A DNA stretch of 64,000 nt from Basidiobolus meristosporus CBS 931.73 (taxonomy: Eukaryota > Fungi > Basidiobolomycota): the NCBI GenBank assembly GCA_002104905.1, contig MCFE01000012.1, positions 124,001-188,000 of the forward strand. Reading direction: 5' to 3'. Positions within the stretch are counted from its first letter, which is position 1. Each line of letters opens with the position of its first letter. The position numbers and the translations under genes were made by a program. Below are positions 25,501 through 35,945 of this stretch, piece after piece. The notes under the pieces are model-generated. The model was not told the origin of the DNA. It made no database searches and saw nothing but the letters and a program-made list of their open reading frames with translations.

Positions 25501-27163
25501 GATGTCACTGCCAGTGTTACGTTTTCCCAATTGGGATGCAAGATTTTTTATTAACTGTGATGGAAGTCTCACTGGTATAGGCACCATAGTGGGACAATAC
25601 CACCAACCTGGCAAATTCCACCCAATTGGTTACGTGACCCGTTTGTTAAACAAACACAAATGTCACTACCCCATTACCAAGATTGAATGTCTGGCTGTTG
25701 TTTATTCAATTAAACAACTCCATACATACATACATGGTCTCCAATTCACAATAGTAATGGACCACAGTGCACTGGTCTGGCTGATGAAAACTCAAGACTT
25801 TACTGGTCAACTAGCACATTGGGCCCTCCAACTACAAGAATACGACTTCAAAATAATTCATTGCGCTGGCAAGAAACACCAAGACACAGACTTCCTCAGT
25901 TGCTATCCCATTTGCCAAGTACACGTCAGCAATGACTACAAAGATGTAATCTGCTTTAAAAGAAGAGGGAAGTATCCCAAACACGTTGTTACAAACAAGC
26001 GGAAGAGAGACTTTTGAAAGAAATAGTGTCAGTACAAAGTACAAGAAAACCAATTATGGTTCCTCCAAGGACAGTTCAGAGTTGAGGTACCCCCAATAAC
26101 TGCCCGCAAAGAAATCATACAAGAAAGATATATGTCATTAGGACATGCTAACCCTCTAACAACATACAAGATGTTAAGAAAGACGTTTTATTGGAAAAAA
26201 ATGATGACTGATGTTGTGAATACGCTATGAAGATGCTCTACCTGCAAAAGATTTAACCAAAGTCAAAAGATAGGGACAACCACACCAATACTGCTTGACC
26301 TACCCTTCTATTGGGTAGGGATCAGCTTCATTGGGCCCTTTATGAAAACAAACAAAGGAGAACAATACATAATAATTGCTACCAATTATTTCTCAAAGTG
26401 GGTAGAGGCCCAAGCTGTCCAAAATAAAGACCAGAAGACAACCGCCCAATTCATTTTAGAACACCTCATCTGCTGGCACAGAAATCCTTAAATACTCCTA
26501 TCCGACAATGGTGTTCCTTCCTGAACAACACTGTGGCCCACTTGTGTGAAATGATGGGCGTGAAACAGGTCTTCACGGCCGCGTATCACCCCAGACCAAC
26601 AGATTAACCAAGAGGATGAACCAGACATGTTGCCACATACTAGAGAAGCTCCACTGGGAACTACCCCAATCATGGGCCAAGCTACTCCCACTGACACCCC
26701 TAGCAATGCGTACAATACCAAATAAAACAACAGGTTTCTCCCTGTACAAAGTTCTGTACAGACAAAGGCCCAAGTGGTGTGAGAAGCTGGATTGACAATG
26801 GAAGGTGTCCCCTTGACAACACATAACAACTATGTAGAAAGGTTGATACACCATATCACCCACCTATACATAAAAGTATTTGAAAATGTCAACAAGCACC
26901 TTCCCCCTCCACCCAAAAATGAGAAACTAACGGGACAAAAGTGGAAACCAGGCGATAAAGTGTGGTACAATCAAACCGTTGCAGGCCTCAAGTTTTGCCC
27001 ACAATTTACACACCACTGGATTGGCCCTTGCACTGTCATTAGCTTGGACCATGGGTCAAAGTACACCATTACCCTGAACAACAAGACAATCAGCAATGTA
27101 GCGCCAGCCCATCTGAAACCGTTTCATGATGATCCACCAATCATCACTGAAACCAAAGTGTGA
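22567..27163 (+). pseudogene. Gypsy gag-pol (degenerate)
   Basis: Gag EWFDKFERVA...MEGSAWQW, CCHC CYVCGEVGHPAHKC (23295), protease LIDTGFS, RT SPWASPVVIVPKKD...LDLISGYWQV, RNase H FFINCDGS...ECLAVVYSI...DHSAL, integrase WVEAQAV/LSDNG/YHPQTN, C-terminal WKPGDKVW...WIGPCTV. Confidence 0.93.
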
Positions 27164-27298
27164 TTAATCAATTATCAGGACAAGGATAGAGGAAGACACG
27201 GGATACATACAAAGTTTATTAGAGGAGATTTTAGTTGATATAGGCAAAAATGATATGCGCAAGGAAGTTTGCCCAAAGGGGAGAACAAAAGAATGCAT

Positions 27299-28462
27299 AT
27301 GGAAAGAGCCATAGGAAACAGTTCACCCAAAACTGGCAATACCCCTCCCACCAGCAAGAATCAAGATGATATTGACAACAAAACCAACCTGCAAGTGTTG
27401 AGAGATATGGTACAAGCATTACATGTGACAAGAGCAACCTATGAAGAGTTGTTTGCCGGAGCAGTCACGTTGATACAAGACACAATCAGAGAGGTACAAG
27501 ACAAGTTACCCACTCTGATACAAAGCATGGAGATACTACCCAAGAAGACTGTGTACTACCTAAGAGGAGGTTCCTTGATCATTAAGGAGAAGGATGCCAC
27601 ACTGATTCCTGTATCCATACTGGACACAGTCAGACAGAAGACACAAAGAATCAACTGTTGCACCCTCACAAGACCTCAAGAGCCCCCCTGTTTTGTTGCA
27701 TACTTGCCATTGATAGGTATCACGGTTGTTGAGGTATATGCAGACCTGGTACAAGCAGCAAGAGCACCAGAAGTGGAACTCCCAATTCAAGGATTCCTCC
27801 AATAAATTTGCAAACATCTTGAACCGCATTTCCAAGAAGGAACCATCTTAGAGAAGATACGCAAACGGATTAAATACACTGGCCAGTTAACCCATGCAAT
27901 CCACCAAGTTGCTGTGTTACAACTATTACAGTAGTTTACCATAAGACAACTCAGGAACCAGTACAAAGTCCAACTCCAAGAAGCCAAAGAAACCACTGTG
28001 GACTCTGTAGAAACCATGAGGAAAGTACAAAAGCGCCTCAATTGTGCCACAGCCTCTACAGAAGAACTACAATACGTCTTGGAAGAAGCAAAAACTTATT
28101 ACCAACACTGGGTGACTGCCAACCAAGTGTACGCCCTCTTCAAAAGGTCCCCCACCATCATATTGAACACAAAAAGGATAAGCCATAACAATGTTTGCAA
28201 GATAAAGAAGCAAGACTTTATTGCGCTATTGCACCTTTTCTTGTTCTCCAACCCTCCCAAGGAACTTACCTAGAACCCTATGGTTTGCCAACTATTTGGC
28301 TCTGTGGAAAACATCCCTCAAGCAACGCAAGCCGCACCCCACTCTGCCACCAAATGGTATCAGGTATTTGCCCTTAACCCCCTTGCAAGTGATAACCAGC
28401 AATGGTACTATGGTGACTCCCCATGCTCCGTGAACAGAATTAACCCTGGAGAAGCAAGTTAG
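27299..28462 (+). pseudogene. Additional gypsy ORF (ORF3, ~388 codons) of unknown function
   Basis: ORF-track fragments 27269-27805, 27998-28273 and 28280-28462 share one frame. They are separated only by TAA 27803, TAG 27932 and TAG 28271. Confidence 0.75.
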
Positions 28463-29476
28463 TCAAAAGAACTTTGAGGACAAAGCTTCCTTGTAACCCC
28501 TGGGATATGTGAGTACTAAATGCACTACCCACTCTTCACCCAAGAGTTCTCCCCAGAGTCCTACCCAAAGTCCCCCAGTGTCCTCCCTATGATTCCCCCA
28601 CACACCCTCCCTCCTATCCCTACCATTATCTAGATAGAACTCTTACCATAACAGGAAAGTGTTCACACCCCTATTTTATAACACATTGACTATTATCTAA
28701 GCCCCCCCAAGTGATATATATATGTACCCAATTAGACTTGTTCCATTGTACTGTGCCAGGGCATGCGGCATGATCCGTGGTTGTAAAGAACAATTGGGCG
28801 CAATATTATAGCTACCAGAAGGCAGGATTGTTCTTGGACAATTTTGCACTATGCAGGACAATCTTGCACATTATGGCACAATCTGACATGATGAGGTTGG
28901 CATGGGTGATTGCGCCAACTCGTAATGCTTGCATCACATGCGCAATTGGATACCGCTATAATGGCAGGCAAAATCTGGTATTTGGATATGTTTCTTTAAT
29001 GTAAATGGAAATAAATGTGTATCACACTATAAACTACACTGATACTTACCATTTTGGGTACCCTCACTCCAATTGGATGATATCTCAGTGGTTAATTGGT
29101 CCAAAAGTATCCTGAAGCTGGCAGCCCCCAATTGGCTCATTGACTACTGAAAAAGCTACCTGATTTGCCATCAAATATCCCATTTTGCCCATTGAGCAAG
29201 TGAATCCCTGATCCTAGTGATTGGACAAAGTGTCATAGCTAGCACGCAAGCAATTGTGTAGGTGAAAAACAGATGCAATAGCTGCACTGGTATTACAGAT
29301 GATGTATATATATGCAGGGTGTTTATTTATAAGGGTTCTGTCTCAAATGTGAGACAACCTTGATATTACTTATATCAAAAATTTGATGATCACTGATTTG
29401 CAATGGCTTGATTTGGATTGCAAAAAAAAAGTGTTGTTGGGATCATTACAAATGTGAGCAATTCAAAGCAATTGCA

Positions 29477-30709
29477 TCATCTTCTCCTGGGTTTTTTTCT
29501 CACAGGGATTACTACTGAAGCATTTGGTAGTGACTCACTTTGCACACCTATACTACTTCCTGGCTGACTATCATCTTGGCTACTTGTGTATTTGTAGTCA
29601 GTATTTTGCCTCCTAGTTGATGAGTGCAATGCTGCAGCTTGGCCACACTGAATTGCTCTGACTGAACCAACTGAACCTGCCTGTAGTGCCACGCGCTGAC
29701 ACGTTCTTTTACTTGCCAAGGGCTCCGGTAATTGAGGCACTTCATGTTGGTCATCATCAGTCAGTTCACCAGAAGTAACTTGCTGATGGTCAGGCAAAAC
29801 GGCACGCGCAGGCGCGCCTTGACGTGTTGAGATGGCCCTTGGCTGAGTTCAATGTGATGCCGCATGTTGACGCAACTCGGTCCGCTCCAATGGACTTGTG
29901 TCTAAATGAGCAGTTTGGCGAGTTCTTGTAGTTTTGCTCTGAAGCACACGCGTTGACTCATCGCGGGGCGTTCTGGTAAAGGGTGTTGGCGTGGTCTGGA
30001 CTGACGTGCGCCGGCGTGCTGTGGTTGCAAGAGATGGTTGGGAATCCAGTGAGGCATGCTGGCGCAATCTGGAAGATGTTGCTTGCGGTCTGTATTCTTC
30101 CTCCTGAAGCTCACCATCTGATTCCTCAAGGTATTCACTTACCCTCTGTCTGATACTTTGGATCTGTTGCCTGGATGAGTCCTGTGTATATTGCTCTCAG
30201 AAGCCACTTAGCTCTACTAATATATCACGTAGTACATTAGTCATTTGAGGCAAAAACTCATTCAAAATCACTTTGGTTCCCAAAGTTGAGGCACAAACGG
30301 ACGCGTCCGGCCCGTACTGTGCAAATTGCGTGCAAAATTGTTCCCACGTGGCTTCTTTGTCAAATCCCCTCACTCTCAGCTCATTCTTGATTTCAATACT
30401 TGTCTTGTTATATATCTTTTTACATACATTGGCTGGCATCTTGATGTAGAACTCATGCCACAGCTTTCTACTCAAATTTTTCCATCTTTGTCAACTCTCT
30501 GAGGTATCTAGTTCTGCTAGATTAATCAGTAGTGCCCAAATATCTGTATGAAGGCTCATCATAGACACTTGGGCCATACTAAAATCATTTGGCAAGAACT
30601 CAAACAGATCCAACATTGACTTCTCCGGTCCGGACTGTGCCTGTGAGCTGGGAGATGGGTTTTGTCTGGGTTGTACTAAAGATGAGTTGAGGCTTGGTAT
30701 GGGGACCAT
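29477..30709 (-). pseudogene. Accessory ORF2 of copy A (possible Myb/SANT-like segment, C-terminal basic patch)
   Basis: One frame with a few stops: WALLINLAELDTSES*QRWKNLSRKLWHEFY...ELSGF*...VIPVRKKPRRR. Homologous to 37020-38330, 39291-39990 and 49085-49424. Harbinger elements typically carry a Myb/SANT accessory ORF; the domain assignment here is tentative. Confidence 0.65.
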
Positions 30710-31068
30710 AGCAACAGATTTGGATACTTATACAGCAGTATATTGGCATCAACCTGGTCTTATATGAAATATATATGAAAACTAATGTGATTGTTGAATT
30801 TTCCATATATTATGCATGATGCATCTTGGATTGTGTTGACATGGATCAGATCACATCAATTGCAGATTTCCTATTTGATTATAGACCTATGATTAAAGCA
30901 TCAATAAAAGTACCAAGGCATTGCTTGTGAATGATTTTTGCGACATAATGATGGGATACATGGCAATTGATGGAGATTTAACCATAATGTATTAAAAATC
31001 AGATAAATAATGCAAATTGCGCCCAATTGATTCAAACCGCCTCCATACAATCATCCATCAATTTTAAT

Positions 31069-31953
31069 ATGACTTACTCATCTGAATAGTCTTTTCTCAT
31101 CAATCCCATCACTACCACTGGATTTCCTTTTGACACACTAGAGGAGATCTATTCCAAGTACTGTGGACCATCAACCCCAATCTACTCAAGGAGATCCCTG
31201 GTTAAGCTTCTCTGCTATTACAAGAACTATTGCCCTACAAGGTTTCATCCCACCATCCATGGCAACAAAAGTCCTAGAAGCTTTCATTCCCAGCTGACAG
31301 CAATGGAGAACCACCTTGCAGAGGGTATGAATGACTTAGAGCAAGCTTGGAATACTAGGTTCAGAAGCTACAATAGACTTCCATATCCCAGAGTGTTCAG
31401 CAACAGGTTCCATATCAGGAGTATTTTGGATACCTTCCCAGTGAGGATTAACAGACCTTCTAGAGGGCAGAGGCACTTTTATTCTGGCAAGTACAAGGCA
31501 CACTGTGTGAAGTTTCAGGCACTGTCTGACATTGAGGGTAACATCATCTGGTTTAGTGGGCCATTTGCTGGAAGTAGGCATGACAAAGCACTCTGGGTAG
31601 AGAATCATCCTGAATTCAGTAGAGGGGAGAAATGTATGGCAGACTTAGCCTATATAGGAGAGGATTGTCAGAGATTAGGATGTATTACAGCTTATAGGAA
31701 GCCAAGGAATGGTGTGCTTAGCAGGAAGCAGAAGCTCTACAATGAGATATTTAATCATTTCAGAGCAAGGGTAGAGCACACATTTGGATATCTGAAGAGA
31801 TTCAGCATATTGGCAGGTAAATATAGAGGAAAGTCATATATAGGTGAAAACTGCAGAATAGGTAAAATAGTTAAGATACTTATTAATGCAAAGTATGTTC
31901 ATACAAGAAGACATCCACTGAGAGAAATGTGTCTGGAGCATTATGAAGAGTAA
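31069..31953 (+). CDS. DDE_Tnp_4 / IS5-ISL2-like transposase (~294 codons, one stop at codon 7)
   Basis: ILDTFPVRINRP (D1), FYSGKYKAHCVKFQ, GSRHD, MADLAYIG (D2), RARVEHTFGYLKRF (E). TAG at codon 7 is TGG in the copy at 36739. Confidence 0.9.
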
Positions 31954-32810
31954 ATAAAGCAAGGAAAGCACTATTCTGAGCAACATAAGTAAGATTGAGT
32001 AAAATTATCAGTAACTGTATCATACCACTGGCATCATGGTAGAAATTATAGTGCCAGATAGTGCTGTAGAGTGCCAGATCAATCCGGCACCATAAACAGG
32101 CTGGCACTGTGTGGCACTATCCAACAGAACAAGTCCATTGAACCAAGACAGGGAGATTTTGGGACAGAATAAACACAGGTCTTTATTACCTTGCTACCTT
32201 CTATTGGAAGCTATTCTGAATCAGGTGGTGCTGACTTGACCTACAAGCTCTCCCACTCACTAAGTACAGTCAGTAATAACCCACAATGATCACATGACAT
32301 CCTTGATCTTTCATGATCTGGCCTAATCAACTTTGTGAAGAAATCCCAATTCCTTCTAGAAAGTTCTATTACATTCTAACAACTTCTTGAAAGCTTCTAG
32401 TCAATGCTACAGAATGGAGCAATCTATGGAAGATTCCATTGGAATTTATGTAGTTCAATATCATATATGGTAAAAGAGCCTTAAATGCAAACTTTTGGGC
32501 TACTGCAATGAGCAAAAACCAGACAGACTCTACAACATCAAAGCACAGAAGCTGAGCAAGTTCAAGGATATGCTGTTTTATAAAAACTCAAGATTTTAAC
32601 CCAAAACATTATTAAATGATGACCAAAATCTGATTTCAAGGCCACCAAGAGTCAGGATTGAATCAGAGCAAAATATTGGAAAGATTTTCACTCCAGAGAA
32701 CTTTACAGCCAAGGTCCAGTCTGAATCAGTGCCCAAGTGTATACCAGGGGTGATTGTTCTAGTACTGCAAAGCAGGAAATAAAACCAGACCAGATATAGC
32801 CCTAGATACT

Positions 32811-33510
32811 AGACTTGTTCTGTTGGATAGTGCCAGATTGAGCTATGAGCACTAAATGATGCCATATTGTGCCAGGGAGGCCAAATGAGCCTATACTTGG
32901 CCACAGAGTGTGAAACATAGCTCTGCATCTTCATGCTAAGCAGTCCACGTGTTTCACCCTTTGTGTTGGAGAACATTCATTTTTTGACCTTTTTTTTAGG
33001 TTAATGTTGTACGGGATGTGTAAGAGCACAAAAGGATTGAAGACATGCATCAGGTACTCAAAACCCATGGCACTCTGAATCTAGCTCCTGTGGCTTGTAA
33101 CATGTCACAAAAATTCATGGCACTATCTGGCTCTATATTTACTTATTAGCCCTAAAGTAAGATCTATACAAAGCACTTATAGTGCCAGATGGTACCAGTG
33201 GACCAAGATAGTGCCATGCATTTTGGTGACATGTTACAAGCCACAGGAGCTAGATTCCAAGTGCCATAGGTAGTGAGTACCTGATGCATGTCTTCAGTTC
33301 TTCTGTGCTCTTACACATCCTGCACAACATTGATCTGCAAAAAAATGTCAAAAATGGATTTTCTCCTGCATCATAGGTGAAACACAGGGGCTGCTTTGCA
33401 TGAAGATGCAGAGCTATGTTTCACACTCTGTGGCCAAGTACTGGTTCACTTGGCCTCTCTGGCACACTATGGCATCATTTGACACTCACAGCTCAATGTA
33501 GCACTATCCA
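32811..33510. mobile_element. Foldback-type non-autonomous element (~310-bp inverted arms, ~75-bp loop) with the family TIR
   Basis: ACT|AGACTTGTTCTGTTGGATAGTGCC at 32811. Arms ~32826-33130 and ~33205-33510 are reverse complements, e.g. CTTGGCCACAGAGTGTGAAACATAGCTCTGCATCTTCATGC and its inverse at 33399-33438. Confidence 0.85.
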
Positions 33511-35945
33511 GAGACCATTGAAAAATAATTGCACCCCAGATTTCACAAAAAACTTAGTGAAAATTTTTCATCACAACAATGTATATGTGGCTTTTGATTG
33601 GTTCACTACCAATGGATGTAGCCCTGCTTGTTGCACCAAATGTCAAAGCAAGCTGTTGCCCAACTTCTTCTAGCCAACATTGTTCTGGGATGCAACTTAC
33701 CATGTTCATGGTACAAGTGGACAACTGTCATGTGGTTGGCAGCATATGATGCAGAGACTGTCCTGATTACAGCATGTGTTAACAGTTGCATGGCATGCAC
33801 ATCCAAAAATGCTACCATTGCAACAGGTCCAAATTGTCAGGAATCTACCACCACTGAGGGAAAACATTGTCACACTCCAGATATATTCAAATCATACCCC
33901 ATCTGAGGATGCTGATGCAGTCTGACAAGATTGCAAAGCTATACAGTACCACACCCAGTATCAATCAAGTGCAAACATATCTAATGTAATTGATGGCAAA
34001 CATTACAAACAGCTAAGAAGCAAGGGCTACTTTGAAGGTATTTATGACCATGCCTTTGCCTTAGCACTTGATGGATTCTCAATAAACAAGTATGCTACCA
34101 GCAGATCCTGCTGGCCACCGATTATCATCAATCTGAATCTGCCACCCATCTTACGGTACCAGAGCAATAATCTGTTGGTAGTCTCACTGGTTTCTGGGCC
34201 TAAATCACTGTCCAACCTGGATAGCTACCTATATCCATTGCAGGATGAATTTTGTATGCTTTCCAGTAGGATAACAGTAAATGGCTGTCATGTAAAAGCA
34301 CATATTGTTATCTGCATTGGAGATACCCCAGCCATCAGCAAGAAATCAGGTATTTTCAGGCACAATGGATGGTATTGCTGTCCAATGTGTGAGGTCCAGG
34401 GGATTTACTCCATAACTCACACAGATTATCAATACCCAAACACCCAACCAAGAACATCATCATCCCACAGATAGAACACACAGAAGTCAGTATGCAATTG
34501 CAGCAAAGTTGGCAAGCTCTAAGCCATTGGCCAGAATATGGAATCAATTGAAACCAGAGATACTTAAGATAGAGGGTATCTGTTTGAGCAAAAGCTTTCC
34601 ACTGGGAGCAATGCATTTGCTTTTCAACAATAACCCTATGCTGATGACCAAGTTGTACATGGGGCATTTCAAGCTAAATGATCACTTTGAGATACCAGAG
34701 AAATTTGGAAGAATTGCCAACATATTACAGAGTATCTGCTACTCTAAGTACTTCTCACAGGCTCCATCATTATTCATACTCATCTGCAACAATACAACAG
34801 CAAAGAATAGATGAGTTGGATATGCATTTATTCAAGTGGTGTTCTGAAGCCATTTCTACCAAGAGTACATTGGAAGCACTGGGAAGCATATGTGGACATT
34901 TTAGGAATATTGATTCAGAAGTGGACCACCAATGCCAACTTGATGCATTTACAGCTGTTGTGCAAGGAGTTTGTGATGGGATTTGAGTGGCTATACTACA
35001 AACATAAAGCTGAACCTGTAGATCTCTACTGCTATTGTATCCATTCTCTACTCCATCTTGCATGGTATGGAGAATACTGGGCGTTCCTTCACCTTTTGGG
35101 AGTTTCCTATGGAGCAGATGTTTGGGGAGATAGGAGACAAGTCAAGTTGCAGGGACTATCATATCCCAATCTCATCAAGAATATTACCTACAAATCTGTC
35201 ATGGATGTGATGAGTTGGTACATGGAGGATAGCCAGGAAGAGTTGGAAAATACTGAGGACAAATGTGCACATGGAGACGCCTATGCCTATGGCATTAAGA
35301 AGCTAAGCAGCCCCATAATCTGGGTAATCAGTTAAGTAATGCAAAGTTGGGTTGGGTGCAACATGCAACTAATTTTTATTTGGAAAACTCTACTAAGGTA
35401 TGCCAGATTTCTCATGGTCACAAGCCAACTTCTACACCATTCAAGATGAAATTCACACAATCTAAAGCTGGAGTGCACTTATAAGGGGGACTAGAGTCTG
35501 GCAGGGAGAAGGAATAAATTGGCTAAATACCAAGAAGTTCTTTGCATATACTCCGGATGTATTCATGTCAGAAGTGGCTACAACCAAGCCTATGCTTGCA
35601 AAATGTATATGTTACCAGCAGTGCAAGATATATAGCAACTTTGTAAGTATTACACTAAAAAGCCGTAGAGTTGAAAATAGTGCAATAGCCAATCAATGCA
35701 CACAAATGTAGGAGGCAATTTAGTGTCTAGGATTAGAAAGTGAGCAAATTTGCAGGGAACCAATTTAAAGCCACCGCTATATTGTAGTGTGAAAAATTTT
35801 GACAAGGTTTATTTAGAAATCTGGGGTGCAATTTTTTTTCAACGGTATCTGCACAGTGTTCTAATGGGATCAGTACCTCTTAGTCATAGGACTCTAAGTC
35901 TGTAATGGCCTTTTGATGGGATCATCAAGATAATTTCTTATAGGG
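33502..35945 (+). mobile_element. CMC/EnSpm (CACTA-superfamily) transposon remnant with Tnp2-type transposase
   Basis: ACVNSCMA, ALALDGFS, SCWP...NLNLPP.LRY...GPKS..NLDSYLYPLQDEF, GDTPAISK...HNGWYCCPMC, HLLFNN, IHSLLHL...FPMEQ (Transposase_21/DUF4218-like). The right terminus ATAGGG at 35945 interrupts copy B. Confidence 0.85.

Larger units (their letters stand above)
28734..32136 (+). mobile_element. PIF/Harbinger-ISL2-like (PHIS) DNA transposon, copy A (3.4 kb, best preserved)
   Basis: TIRs AGACTTGTTC / GAACAAGTCC and a 3-bp TSD ATT. Removing the element restores the LTR sequence CCCAATTGAACC seen at 22373-22384. It carries a DDE transposase and a divergent second ORF. Confidence 0.93.
22154..32285 (+). 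mobile_element. Full-length Ty3/gypsy LTR retrotransposon; 3-prime LTR split by a nested DNA transposon
   Basis: 5-prime LTR 22154-22525 (TG...CA). 3-prime LTR 28508-28733 plus 32140-32285. 5-bp TSD ATGAT at 22149-22153 and 32286-32290. Gag and pol in gypsy order PR-RT-RH-IN. Confidence 0.95.

Noticed and set aside
27299-28462. Calling gypsy ORF3 an env gene
   Set aside because: No signal peptide, furin site or C-terminal TM segment is visible; position alone is insufficient.
32040-32120. GTGCCA repeats as a CRISPR-like array
   Set aside because: The repeats are only about 6-10 bp, irregularly spaced and subterminal to TIRs in a eukaryotic transposon; there are no cas genes.
33502-35858. 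CACTA/CACTG-like ends bracketing the CMC transposase as true termini
   Set aside because: The flanks do not form a TSD (TAG versus TTC), homology with 47241-47320 continues past 35858 to the CCC terminus at 35945, and the left CACTA overlaps the foldback arm.
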